Assembly (NCBI GenBank): GCA_973895155.1
Contig: OZ316893.1
Coordinates: 6,534,963-6,598,962 of the forward strand
Direction: 5' to 3'
Source: Marsupella aquatica
Taxonomy: Eukaryota; Plantae; Marchantiophyta
DNA: 64,000 nucleotides
Shown: positions 35,165-47,021 of the stretch, piece by piece
How the letters are laid out: each line of letters starts with the position of its first letter
How positions within the stretch are numbered: position 1 is the first letter of the stretch
Program-made: the position numbers and the translations under genes
Notes under the pieces: generated by a model
What the model was told of the DNA's origin: nothing
The model's database searches: none
Seen by the model: the letters and a program-made list of their open reading frames with translations, nothing else

Positions 35165-38100
35165 ATGGGGGAAGAGGGTGATGACATGGAGACAGACATG
35201 GGGCTTGGAGAGTGGGGTGAAGAGGAAAGATTGGATATGGATGGAGACCCAGATGCAGGGGGCTCACAGAAAAATGCACCTGTGCAGGATGCACAGGGCC
35301 CTCATCAAGTCCCAGGTAGGTGGGCAGCTAGAGAGAAATCACATAATCCATACCCTAGAAGGAGCCAGAGTTATTGGCAAGGGACGCCTGATAATTATGA
35401 TGATGACTATGATGGAGCAGAAGATGGATGGGATGAATATGAACACCCAGAGCGTGGTAGAGACGGGTACAGAGGGCAATGGACAGGTGAGGAGGATGAT
35501 TGGACAAGTAAGTGCCTTGTGCTAGTGATTTTGTGATGGTAGTAGAGATTTAGCTCAATATGGACTTATCTGATGTGTAGCTAGGGCAAAGAGTTTATCT
35601 TACAGGTCCATGAGTGTGGCATGTACCTGTTGGTATGCAGACTCTGATTGGGACAATCACGAAAACAACAAAGGCCATCCACGTTCAGATAGGCGGCAAT
35701 CATTCACAGGCGGGAGAAACGGCCCTAATTCATCAAGACAAAGCAATAGGACAGGTGGTCCAGAACCATCTATGCGCCAAGGGAGAGGTAACTTGGTCAT
35801 TGCAGAATTGCTCTGAAGTCCAGTGTATATTTGGCAGCAGGATTTATGATTCATACTTACCTAATGTAAGTGACTGTAAATGGATCCTGTAAATGTGCAG
35901 GGACTCCAGGGAGGTTTGGACAATGCAATCCAGGCCGTGGGGGGAGATCAGGCCGTGGAGGGACCCCAGGCCGTGGGGGGACACCAGGCCGTGGAGGGAC
36001 ACCTAGTAGCGCTTCAGGGAGTACCAAGGCAGGAGACAGTAACAAATTTGGTAAAGTAGAAGTGAATTCCGAAGGTTGGATAACTCCCACATGTGATGGT
36101 AAGAACCGTTGGCATTCTGACCTAAGAGGAGAAGTATTGCGTTGGTTAGATTTGAGCATTACAGAGTTTAGGAGTCAGAACAAAGCTGATTGGGCTGCTA
36201 TCTGCAAGGACATTCTTGAACGGTGGGACTATGTTGGTAATGATGGTAAGGGCCCAGTTGAAGATTGCATATCAGATTATGCAATGAGGATTTTGAAACA
36301 AGAGAGGCATAGGTTGAAAAGGATGTGGATAGACAATGGTTCTAACAGGAGAATGCCACCACCCCCATCATTGGAACTGGATCAATGGACACGGTTAATC
36401 AAAGGGTTCATGTCGGAGGCTGGACAGAGCAAGAGTGAACTGATGTCAAATGCTCGAGGCAAAGTGAAACACCTTTCACAGGCTGGGAGAGGAAGTTATG
36501 CTCCAGTGAAAGAACAATTGGTAAGGCAGTGACATGCCTAATAGTAAGCCTCAAACTTATCATCTTGCTACCATTATTACATTTTCATGGACAATCAACA
36601 CTTGGTTTCATTCATATGTATGTTGATGTGGACTGCAGAAGAAATTGACAGGTGAAGAACCATCAGCACAAGAAGTGAGAGAGGAGTTCATGAAACAAAG
36701 GAGTGAGGTGACAAGTGTGACTTCCAAACAGGTGATTATGTTGTAATTCTATATGTTCTGTGACTATTTGGCCTTGAGCATCAGAAAGAATTGTAGTAGG
36801 AAGTAAGCAACCAGTTCTTGGGGACAATTATCTGAGATATGTAAACTGTGTTATGACAGGGAACTGTTACAACTCTCACAAAGATGTCTGAACGGTTGAA
36901 GTCATTAGAGTGTGGACTCCCTCGAGTGGAAAGTAAATTGGCTGATCGTTTGGATATTGTGGAGGCATCTGTAGCGAACCTTCTTGCATCAGTGGAATCT
37001 AATTTCAAGCTTGTGATTGAAAAATTGGGTGGTTCCCAACCAAACAATGAGGGCAACATTGTACAAAGTGTGCCCTTGTTAACAAAAAAGGGAATTGGCA
37101 AATCTGACACAGGTATGCAATGAGGATTTTGAAACAAGAGAGGCCCATTGTTCATTGTGTCCTATGTTCAAATGTTAGAAGTAAGTTTTCATGAATTGAG
37201 TGAATGGTTTGAATGCAGGAAGAGTGGAGGCAGAGAACCTGGACCCTGTAATCGGTAAGCAGAATGGCAAAAAGGTTGCTGAGACAGGTAACCTGCTATG
37301 ATCCAGTACATTACATTTGAAAAGTGCATGGAGTTTTGTGAAGCTTAAGCCGGTTGGAGGTAATCTTTTCTGTAAGAATTGGTTGGATAAACTGGGAATT
37401 GAAGTGACATCATGATTGATGTATCAGGTGATTCAAAGAGCAATGAAAAAGATGTGCCCAGTGCCTCAGTGACCATAGCCAAGGAGGTATCAGGTAAGCT
37501 GATGCTTTAAATTCCTCTCCTACCATTGTTGAGAAACAATTCAGTGGTTAATAGATTGAACCTGAATCTTGTGGTCTGTTTATTGATCAGCAGAAGCAGA
37601 CATGGAGGATATGGCAATGGCAAAGAAGGGGAAGAAGGCTGTTCATAATGGTAAGGAGATAGTGACAACTTTGTGGATGGTGACATGTACATGGCGCACA
37701 TGTGATGAGTGATTCACTTATGTTGGACAATGCATTGAATTGTAGTTGATGCAGAGTTGACAGACTCTCAACCAAGTGGGAGCAGGGTGAAGCGACGTCG
37801 AAACTTGGGAGCAACATTGGATGCAAGTAAGATTGTAGATGCTTCAATTGAAGCAAGTACAATGTTAGCAGATACTGAGATGATGTCGCAGGGAAATCCT
37901 GCTACACAATCGGAAGTGTCAAATATGGATGCAGATTCTTTGAAGAAGAGTGTAGCCAATTCTCGATCACCAGCACAAAACACTCGTGCCAAAGTCATGA
38001 CTCGCAACCAAGGTATGAATAATGTCATGTATAAGCCACCCAGGAAAGCCAAGAAAAACAGCCAGGGTAAGGTGGAGGTGATAGCCACAGCAGAGCCAGT

Positions 38101-38350
38101 CCATAATCTTCTATCATGGGAGAATGACTCGCAGGTATGTGTGGGTACAGGCATTTTGCGACCGGATCATGCTAAATTCCATGGCAAAGTGGTCCTGGAT
38201 GACCATGTAGTAGTGTTGTTGACTACAGTGATTGTATCTGATTGTAATTTGCCATTTCCGAATAGAGACGATGATCCACCTCAAGAAATAATTGCAGATG
38301 CAGTAGGATCTCTTGTGCTCTGGCCATCAGAGTGTGTTAGTCTGCAGTGA
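35165..38350 (+). CDS. CACTA TnpA-like multi-exon gene
   Basis: Acidic and GRGG-repeat N-terminus, Transposase_24-like exon (35901-36520), many short GT-AG exons, and a C-terminal FHG...LPFPN...LVLWP domain. Confidence 0.75.
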
Positions 38351-39412
38351 CTGAATACAAGTGTAGATAGAATCATGTGAATTGTGTTACATTTTGACAT
38401 TGCCTTGGAAAAATCCAAGAAATATCTGTACCAATTTTTCCATTTGGTAAAGAGGATGAAGGAGCCGTTGTGTGTGACATTGATATTTCTGAATTCTGTA
38501 TGTATGAAACAAGTGATTGATGTCAAACTATGGCTCTATGGTGATTGTCTATGATACTTGAATCTGTTTTGTATCAATTCAGTATTAGTGTGTATGGTAT
38601 AGACGAATGCTTTGTGACCTTCTTTGTAGTCTATGATGTTTGAATCTGTGAATTCATATTAGTGTACATGGTATAGAAGATGGCTTTCTGAAAATTTGTG
38701 TGAGGTTCTAATGTTAACATGGTGAATGGTGACCTTATAGAGTGAGTTCATTCCAAGTACACAATAAAACATGAATGAAATGTGTTATTTGTGCACAAGA
38801 GTGAGTTCATTCCAAGTAGTATAGTGGGGTCTTCATCACTCATTTCCAGTTGACATGAAAGACTTGTACATACCCCACAAAGTGTCTACTTTAGTCGTTT
38901 TATAAACCCCCACAAAGTGTCTACTTTAGTCATTTTATAAACCCACAAAGTATATTTAAAGACTACCCTCCATAACCTTTTGAGTTGTTCCCAACGACTC
39001 ACCATCGCAGCCCATAAAAGACTGAAAAAGACTCACCAAAGCTACCCACACAAAGACTAAAATAGACTGAAAATCCAGTCTATTAAACGACTTATAAACC
39101 AGTTCTATAAAGGACTCAGTTGATTATAGTAACAAAACATACGACTCGTAGTCCTATAAAGGACTAGAGTCCTTCCCAGTCGTTTCCAAGTCCTATACGG
39201 TATTGAATAGTCGTTTAATGGGGTCTAAATACCCCCCGGTTTCTACTAGTGATTGTTCAGTGCGGATATCATTTAGGTAAGATGCACAGTCATTATTTTT
39301 AATTATTCGCTTAGTGTAAACTAGGTTCCAATCTTGACATATTGTATTTAGGGTACTTAATATGAGTGGGAAAGATTTTTGACATGTGATTAATTTTCAC
39401 ATTGATGGGCAG

Positions 39413-39651
39413 ATGTCAAATTCTGGGAGTTCCGAGTTAGATTCTGACTCGGACTCGTCATCTTCTGAGGGGGACATTCCTCCCCCCCCCCCCCTCCGAG
39501 GCCGCATCATCCTCCTCCTCCTCTAGGCCCCATTCCATGTTGGTGTGTGCAATGTAAGGGAATGGTGGTTCGTCAAGCTTGGGAGTGTATTGAGCATATT
39601 GAGAATTATGGGCAACACCAACCTGATTTACCAGGACATTCAGCTCACCAG
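39413..39651 (+). CDS. First exon of the CACTA-2 transposase unit (transposase-associated Zn finger)
   Basis: PCWCVQCKG...ECIEHIENYG followed by the phase-0 donor CAG|GTATG. The frame slips within a poly-C run at 39482-39494. Confidence 0.65.
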
Positions 39652-39766
39652 GTATGCACCCCATACTCTCATCCCACACATTTTGAAGGAAACATAATTT
39701 GCCACTTACAATCATGGCCACTATCATCATATATTTATTAATTTTGGATTTTTTTTGAATGAATAG

Positions 39767-40726
39767 GTGCCCCGTAGGCCCCCTCCTCCATTGATCTCTA
39801 AAGAGCTATGGCTAGACACATTCTTGGCTAGTGCAAGACGGATGCTTGCATCAACATCTACACCCCCTCCTCCTGCCCCGTGCCCCAATGGTGAGGGCGG
39901 GAGTGTACCTGTAGCAAGGGTGGAGGACATTGAGCAAGGTGACCTGGAGGTACCTCCATCTAGGGTTTTACGCACCGGCCCACGCTCCCATAGGCATAGG
40001 AGACATTACGAACCATTGGGCACTCGTGAGTCTCAAGACCCAAACTTGGTAGGTCCGCCTATGATGAAGCCAGGTGAGGGTTATGTGGTAGTGGAGGGTA
40101 GGTTGGGATTGTCATATCTCACTGGAAAGGCGTTGCCTCTTGTGAAGGACTTCTCGTCTGAGATATTCAAAATCCCTCAAGGCATACCCACTAATGCCCC
40201 TATAGAGATATGGGGCCGTCATTGGATAGTGCACTCATCTTCCCTTGGTGTTGATGTAGGATTTGGGTTATTTGCTTTGGAGGACATTGTGGTCCATCCA
40301 AAGCCATGGCGAAGAGGTTATGATGGGGAACACTTATTTCCTTATATTGGCCCTATATACACTGCCAAGAATTGGAACATTATTTTACGGCAACAACCAT
40401 CATGGGGAGTGTATGCATTGCAAATGGATTCCGATCCGAATGAGGTCCTCAAGAGGCCTTGGCATTGTAGGATGATTGATGGTGATCCTGTGCGATGTGA
40501 TAACATCGCTGGTTATATCAATAGTACCAAAGGGAGAGGACGAGGACTTCAACCAAATGTAGAGTGGGTTCAGATTTTTGGGGCACCACCACCACCTTAC
40601 TATGTGAAGCATATGGATGACCATGTTATGACTGTAGCCATTAGGACTATTAGGGCTGGTGAGGAACTCTTTTGTGACTATGATTGGAACGCGCCTAAGA
40701 TGGCCATACGGTGTCGTCCTTCATAG
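39767..40726 (+). CDS. SET-domain exon (lysine methyltransferase-like)
   Basis: GFGLFALEDI (motif I), IAGYINST...PNV (motif III position, NHS read as NST), AIRTIRAGEELFCDY (motif IV). Preceded by the phase-0 acceptor AATAG. Confidence 0.85.
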   Translation: MPRRPPPPLISKELWLDTFLASARRMLASTSTPPPPAPCPNGEGGSVPVARVEDIEQGDLEVPPSRVLRTGPRSHRHRRHYEPLGTRESQDPNLVGPPMMKPGEGYVVVEGRLGLSYLTGKALPLVKDFSSEIFKIPQGIPTNAPIEIWGRHWIVHSSSLGVDVGFGLFALEDIVVHPKPWRRGYDGEHLFPYIGPIYTAKNWNIILRQQPSWGVYALQMDSDPNEVLKRPWHCRMIDGDPVRCDNIAGYINSTKGRGRGLQPNVEWVQIFGAPPPPYYVKHMDDHVMTVAIRTIRAGEELFCDYDWNAPKMAIRCRPS

Positions 40727-40898
40727 CACATACAAACATGTGTATATGTTCACTTTTATAAAAATATTACTTGAGTCATTCTCTAATTGGTTTCAAGAGC
40801 TATGGAGTCTTTTGACTCATTCATATATGGATGTCTCAATTGTTGGTTGAGAGACCTGGACTTATATCATTCTCATTGTTTTCTTTTGTGTATGATAG

Positions 40899-43800
40899 AA
40901 TGCATTTGTTCAGCCAGATATTGAGGTATTATCACAAGCTGTGCGACAACATCTCCTTCAGGCCATGGATGGTAGGCAAGGGGGTCAACCTTTTGAGGAT
41001 ATGGACATTCCACATGAACTACCTAATGCTACCCAAGAAAGAGTGGATGAGGACCGGGCTATGGATGAGTTGATGCACCAATTCATGGATGCAGATGAGG
41101 GTGATCCCCGGGGTGATCATGACCCAGGTGACTGGGAGGACATTGACTTACCTCCTCCTCATAGGCATACTCCTTCACGGAATCCACACTTGCACCAGTG
41201 GGAGGAGGCTCAAGAGCATGCACGGACTCGTCTTTTTGAGGGGTCTAGATTATCTCGTCTTTCAGCAATCATGTTATTACTGAACTTGCAGCAAAGTCAT
41301 GGAGCAAGCAACTTGCTTCTTGATGATATTTTCAGGACATTGCATGATCGTATGTTACCAGAAGGGAATAACTTGCCAGCATCATGGAAAGAGGCGAAGA
41401 AAGTGTTGAAGTCCATAGGCCTCAAGTATGAGGTCATACATGCTTGTGTGAATGATTGTGTTTTGTTCAGGAAGGAGCACTCAAATGCTCTTACATGTCC
41501 TGTGTGCAACGCCCCAAGATATCGTGAGGATATGTTGACAGGAAGAGTACCTCAAAAGGTTATGAGGTACTTTCCCCTTATTCCTCGTTTGCGTCACCAG
41601 TTTCGATGCGCAGAGTTGGCTAAGTATATGGTATGGCATTCCCAACACCGTTCAGACACTACTCAGGATCCAACCATGCGCATGATGGTTGACTCTCCTG
41701 CAAACAAATTTGTGGAAGAGCGTTGGGGTGAGTTCAAGACTGACCCTCGTCATGTTCGCCTTGGTTTGGCATCAGACAGCATTAGCCCATTTGCTATGAT
41801 GGTCGAGTGCATACAGGGGGCTTACCCCATGAGTTTCAGCTCAAAGCCATTCTTATGTGGACCATGCATGATCTTCCAGGTACCCAACTCTTTATAAATT
41901 AAGTATGGCTTGTGCAGCTACCCATATATATATCGTTCTGTTTATTTTTTTTCCCTTTGGTTTGGTTTCAAAACTTAATGGGTTTTAATTTGTGACCATT
42001 GTTTGTGAAGGGTTTGGATATATTTCTGGCTTGCAAACTTCTGGAGATCGTGCTTGCCCAACTTGTGGACCAGACTTGGAGGGAGTGGCGCGCCCAAAGT
42101 CTACCACCCTGCGGAAGATAGTTTACATTGGTCACACAAAGTATCTTCCTGAGGGGCATGACTGGAGGTATGATCCATTTTTGTATGACACGGATGAGGG
42201 CCAGCCAGACACAAGACCTCAGCCTTTACTGAAGGACCCAATATATTGGAAGGAGGTATGGGAGAGGGTGACTAATCCAGATGACCCATTACCCTTGGCT
42301 AGATGTGGCATGACCCGTTTGTCTGCATTGGCACAACTTCCATATTGGGAACACATGCCGATAAATCATCTATTGGACCCTATGCATATTGAGGGGAATG
42401 TTGGGAGGTCATTGATCCGCCATCTATATGGAGAGAAAAACAACAATTGGAGGGAGAGTTGTGAGGAGATGGGGATGCATGGCCTTCATGGTTTTTGGCC
42501 ATATATGGACCCTGACCCTCCCCTTACTATCCATCCCCCATGGATTTTCACAAGGAGTGAGCGAATAGAGTTTCGCAAGCGGATTGGGTCAATGCGGTTT
42601 CCTACAGGGTATGGTGCCAATCTTCGCAAGGCATTTGGTGGAGATGACTCTCCAAAATGGCCAGCTTTCTTGAAGACCCACGATTATCATCGTCTATTGC
42701 AGCACGTTATTCCAGTTGCTATTATTGGATTGGGCAGCGAGGATCTTCGGGATGCACTTTGGTCATTGGGTAGATTGTTGAGATGGGTTTGTCAAAAGGA
42801 GGTCAATGAGGGAGAGATTGCTGCCATGGAGGTATTTGGAGTGGAGGTTGTGTGCAAGTTGGAGCGAGCACTCCCTCCTTCCTTCTTTGATGGTCAAGTT
42901 CATTTTCTTGTACATCTAGTGCGTGAAGTAGCCATTGCAGGCCCAATACATTGTCGTTGGATGTATTGGGTAGAGCGATTCATGGGAGTCATGAAATCAT
43001 ATGTATCAAACCGTGCTAGGGTGGAAGGTAGCATTGCCGAACGTCACCTTGGAGCAGAGAGTATGTTCTATTGTACGAACATTGTGGCTACACTTGATCC
43101 AAATGCTCCAAGGGGTTGGATAGATGAGTCAGCATGAGAGGCAGATTATGAAGAGGATAGACTCACTGGAGCAAAGGGAGAACGACTACCAAGCTCTGCT
43201 GAACGTCTGCAACTCACCACATTCATGTTGTATAACTCACCAGAGATTGCAGGGGAGTGGACTGCATTTTATGAGAAGAGTAATAGTCGTCGGCCACGCC
43301 TCTTCCCCAAGTTTCTCCCATATATGAAGGAGAAGTTGATAGAGATTGATGCCTTGTTGGGTCAGGGTGAGAGTGTTTTGCACTTTCCGAAGGTCACCAA
43401 TGACATTCGCACCCTTGTTCATGGTCCATTACTCATGGTCACGACTCGAACAGCCATGTGGTCAAAGGGGAGGCATTTTCAAATCCAACATCTTGATATG
43501 AAGAGAGCAGCAACACAAGATTGTGGGGTGATGGGGTGGTTCACCCAAGAGTCACAAAGTAGCACTTCTGACCGGAATCCAATACGTTCAACTGTGGCCC
43601 ACTATGGGAAGATAGAGGAGATTCTTATCGTAAATTATCATGCCCATACAACCTTGGAGGAGGTGGTGTTCAAGTGCAAATGGTTTCGGATGAATCTTGT
43701 TGGCCATAATCGGACCTGTGAAGAAGATGCATGTGGGTTCACACGATTGAAGACCAGTGCAACTAGTGTCATTAGTTCCAATTGGAGGACCTCAGATCCA

Positions 43801-43959
43801 TTTGCATTTCCCCATCATTTGGAGCAATCTTTCTATCTTCCTTATCCGAATGACCCAGAGTGGTCCATTGTTATGCCTTACATCCCTCGCTCACGATCCA
43901 TTGTTCAAGACAAGCCAAGTGTAGTTGTAGTAGAGGATTTGGACCCCTCATTACAATAG
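40899..43959 (+). pseudogene. CACTA-2 TnpD-like transposase (internal deletion near 41778, stop at 43135)
   Basis: IHACVNDCVLF, RHVRLGLASD, LDPMHIEGN, LKTHDYH, RWMYWVER, DPFAFP. The segment between SPFA and YDGR is missing relative to the other two TnpDs. Intron ~41880-42010. Confidence 0.9.
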
Positions 43960-44655
43960 ATGTGACCTAGGTAAAACCCCTATATGTTTTATCTTCATGG
44001 ATATCATATACATTTTGTCATGTCATTTCACACATGCCCAAAGATTCATTGGTTGGATATAATTTTGGATACAACTGTATATAGTCCCTTGACACAATCC
44101 AAATTGCAATCCCTAAGTAATATATGCATTTGAGTCACGTCCATTTATTCCCGATACCATTTCCCATGCTTAAAACAACGGAAGCCCATCGGAACACCTC
44201 CTTGTTCAAATCTTGACCTCGAACCACATATATCCGATATAAACCCTTTCGGACTCCATTTCCGATTCTTGTAGAATCGGACATATTTGGGATACACACT
44301 ACTTCGGAAAACATTTGTGATACCCAACCTATCGGAAGCACTAAGCGATACATTTTTGATCGCAATATTTCCGTAATTTACTCAATCGGACATCAAATGC
44401 GATACTTGAGGGATCAGAAAGTTAGTAACAATTTTTAGAAGAGGGGTCCGATAGTCAAGACATCGGATATGTTCCGATATTAGGAGTATAACAAATTATT
44501 TCCGATGTATTGGAAATCGGATATCGGGTTTCCAAAGCTATGGGGATCGCAAGTTCCGATACTTTTGTTAACGAAAGTTTGCGTAACTCTGGCTATCGGA
44601 CGCCTGTTTCATGTTTCAGCGGGAGCATCGGAAAATGAGCAAAAATGTACTAGTG

Positions 44656-45728
44656 ATTCCACTGATTTTGAGAAAATGCCTTCTACGCCTTCAGCCGATG
44701 GAATTGATGCGGTCCATAATTTGTCAGAAAGCGATGCCTCTGAGGAAGTTGTGGTCATTGACACACCTTCGCGTCGAGCAACGAGATCCTCTGTCCCACC
44801 AGTGACCCCTGCAAGACCTATTGAGACTGCATATTGTCATTCAGTTTCCCCAATGGAAAGTGAAGTACCTCCTGGTGCCTGGCAGTTGCGTCGGACCTCA
44901 AAACGGGGTGCGGGTCCAATGTGTAACGGAACCCTTGGACGGGGAGGTAGTCGTGATGAATGTCAAAATCGAGTAAAGAAGGTCGGCCTTCCGAATCTAG
45001 ATGGTGTTGTTGCAATTTCTGTGAGAGGATGCAGAATGTTGAGGGGGAAACCTTACAACAATCAGATATGGTTTTGCCCCAACAACCACTGTCACCGAAG
45101 CACAACAAGGAGAGGAGTCTTGAACATTCCCAATGTTCCTTCACATCTCCCAATTGCCAGAGGGACCAATCTTTCTGGAGCAGAGATTCAATTTTTGAAA
45201 GAACAAGGACTTATTCTCTCCAAAGGCCGTGGAGATGAAATCGAAGCACCATTGCCTTCTGCGTTACGGATTGATGTCAATCTTTTCCCGGAGAGGATCA
45301 ACCTAACTGACCCATCTGTGAGGAGCGCTTCAAGGAACAAGAAGAAATGCTTGCAAAGAGTGCATCTTACCCAAACACATTTGAAGAGAATTGAAGCCTC
45401 TGAAAAAGAAGTGATGAGCGTCATTGGAGAGAGAGTGATCACGAGTGGAAATGCGTCGGGGAAATAGTTTTGTATCCGGACCCATGAACATGAGAGATCA
45501 GTCGCCTCTTATTGGGTTCAGATATGTTGTTTCCCATGTTGCTCCTGTGAGGATTTCTACCGTCGGCATACTTATCGAAAGCCTTACATGCCTTGCAAAC
45601 ATGTGTATTGGGTGTTCAAGAATGTGTTCAAACTGGATGTGCTCGATTCAACATTATGTAGCCAGCCAATTCTAACGTTGGGAGAAGTCCGTTACATACT
45701 TGATAGGCAGTTGGGAACAAGAATGTAG
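44656..45728 (+). pseudogene. MULE-like transposase, 3' part with SWIM zinc finger
   Basis: After an in-frame TAG (45465) the frame reads YWVQICCFPCCSCEDF...PCKHVYWVF, i.e. CxC...CxH SWIM. Confidence 0.8.
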
Positions 45729-46205
45729 ACTGTTGCTTTATCGTTGAACAGCTACAATTGTAGTTTGTCTTTTCTAACGGGCAGAATTGCGTGTTCTTAA
45801 AGTGTTGTTTTTTTTATAATACAATACTAGCGCTGGGTGCTAGTATTGTATGACTTTGTTTTGACTTCATATTTCGTGGCAATATATTGGAGTCCTTGTG
45901 TGAAATCGTCAAGAAATTTCCTCTGATGTTGTACAATGGTGGGACCCACCATAATATTGTCCGCACAATTATTGCATATATGGACGCTATACCCTGAAGA
46001 GAAGAAACTAAAATGCATACAAGAAAAAAATACTCATACAAGAAAATAGAAACTCATACAAGAAAACAGAAACTTGTATGAGTAAATAGATATGCTCATA
46101 CGAGGAACTTGTTTACTCATACGAGACAAAATTTTGCTTGTACGAGAAAAAAATGGCTCGTATGAGAATATCTATTTACTATTTGCTAGCACGGTGGTTA
46201 TACCC

Positions 46206-46975
46206 TAAGTGGGTGGAGGCCAGGCCGACGACGAAGGATGACGCAATTACTACGGCTTGATTCATGTATGAGCAGATCTTCACCAGGTATGGAGCACCCT
46301 TAGAATTAGTTAGCGATAGAGGAACCCATTTTCTGAATGATATAATTAGTCGTTTAAATGAGCAGTATTTAGTTAGACATAGACCTACTACTCCTTACCA
46401 CCCAAAGGCAAATGGGTTGACAGAACGAGCCAATGGGATTATAGGAAAAATATTAAACAAAACTGTAGCTCAAAACAAACTTGATTGGGATGATAAATTG
46501 TTTGCTGCTGTTTTTGCTTACAATTTAGCCTATAAATCCACTACCGGTCATACACCCTTTTTCTTAACCTTTGGGCAAGAAGCTCTGGTACCCATGCAAC
46601 TTGAGATACCCACATTTCAAATTACAATTGAGGAAAGAGTTTCTGAGGAGGAAAGCCTAAAGGAGCGAGAATATAGATTAGAAGCTTTAGAAGAAGCAAG
46701 AATGATTTCAGTCGAGAGAGTAGAATATAGACAGAATACCATGAAGCAGCAGTACGATAAAAGATTGAAACCAGTTAGTATCCACACAAGAGATCTTGTA
46801 TTACTTTACGATAGTAGGTATAGTAGGTTCCTGGGTAAACTTTACACTCGCTGGTTAGGACCCTTCAGGGTAAACATGAAGTTCTCCAATGGCTCCTACA
46901 ATTGGCCAACATTACGGGAGAAATATACCCAGTTCGCATTCATTACAACCGCCTCAAGAAATACTATATGGACGA
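46206..46975 (+). pseudogene. Ty3/Gypsy integrase, 3' fragment
   Basis: RYGAPLELVSDRGTHF, YHPKANGLTERAN, STTGHTPFFLTFG, RWLGPF (GPY/F), and frameshifted HYNRLKKY. No chromodomain seen. Confidence 0.92.
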
Positions 46976-47008
46976 AGATGAAGTTGTTCGCGAGGATGTT
47001 TCACAATT

Positions 47009-47021
47009 AAGTGGGGAGCTA
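47009..47021 (+). promoter_or_regulatory. Polypurine tract
   Basis: AAGTGGGGAG(CTA) lies just after the integrase end and directly before TGTGATGCC. Confidence 0.65.

Larger units (their letters stand above)
22196..39251 (+). mobile_element. CACTA transposon (CACTA-3), 17,056 bp, apparently intact, with cargo genes
   Basis: TIRs CACTAGTAGAAACCGGGG...ATTTAGACC at both ends and TSD ATT (22193-22195, 39252-39254). AAGACT/AGTC subterminal motifs. Confidence 0.96.
17841..44655 (+). mobile_element. CACTA transposon (CACTA-2), ~9.8 kb own length
   Basis: TIRs CACTAGTACATT / AATGTACTAGTG and TSD ATT (17838-17840, 44656-44658). Dense TCCGAT/ATCGGA subterminal motifs at both ends. Removal fuses ...RRNLH-STDFEKMP... 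in frame. Confidence 0.95.
8471..46205. mobile_element. Mutator-like (MULE) DNA transposon, ~10.9 kb own length, carrying nested CACTA-2 and CACTA-3
   Basis: TSD TAAGTGGGTG at 8461-8470 and 46206-46215 (9-10 bp depending on the first G). Imperfect TIRs: left GGGGGATCTCTCCGTGACAGCAAATAGCAAA, right (reverse complement) GGGTATAACCACCGTGCTAGCAAATAGTAAA. Removing it restores the integrase frame. Confidence 0.88.
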
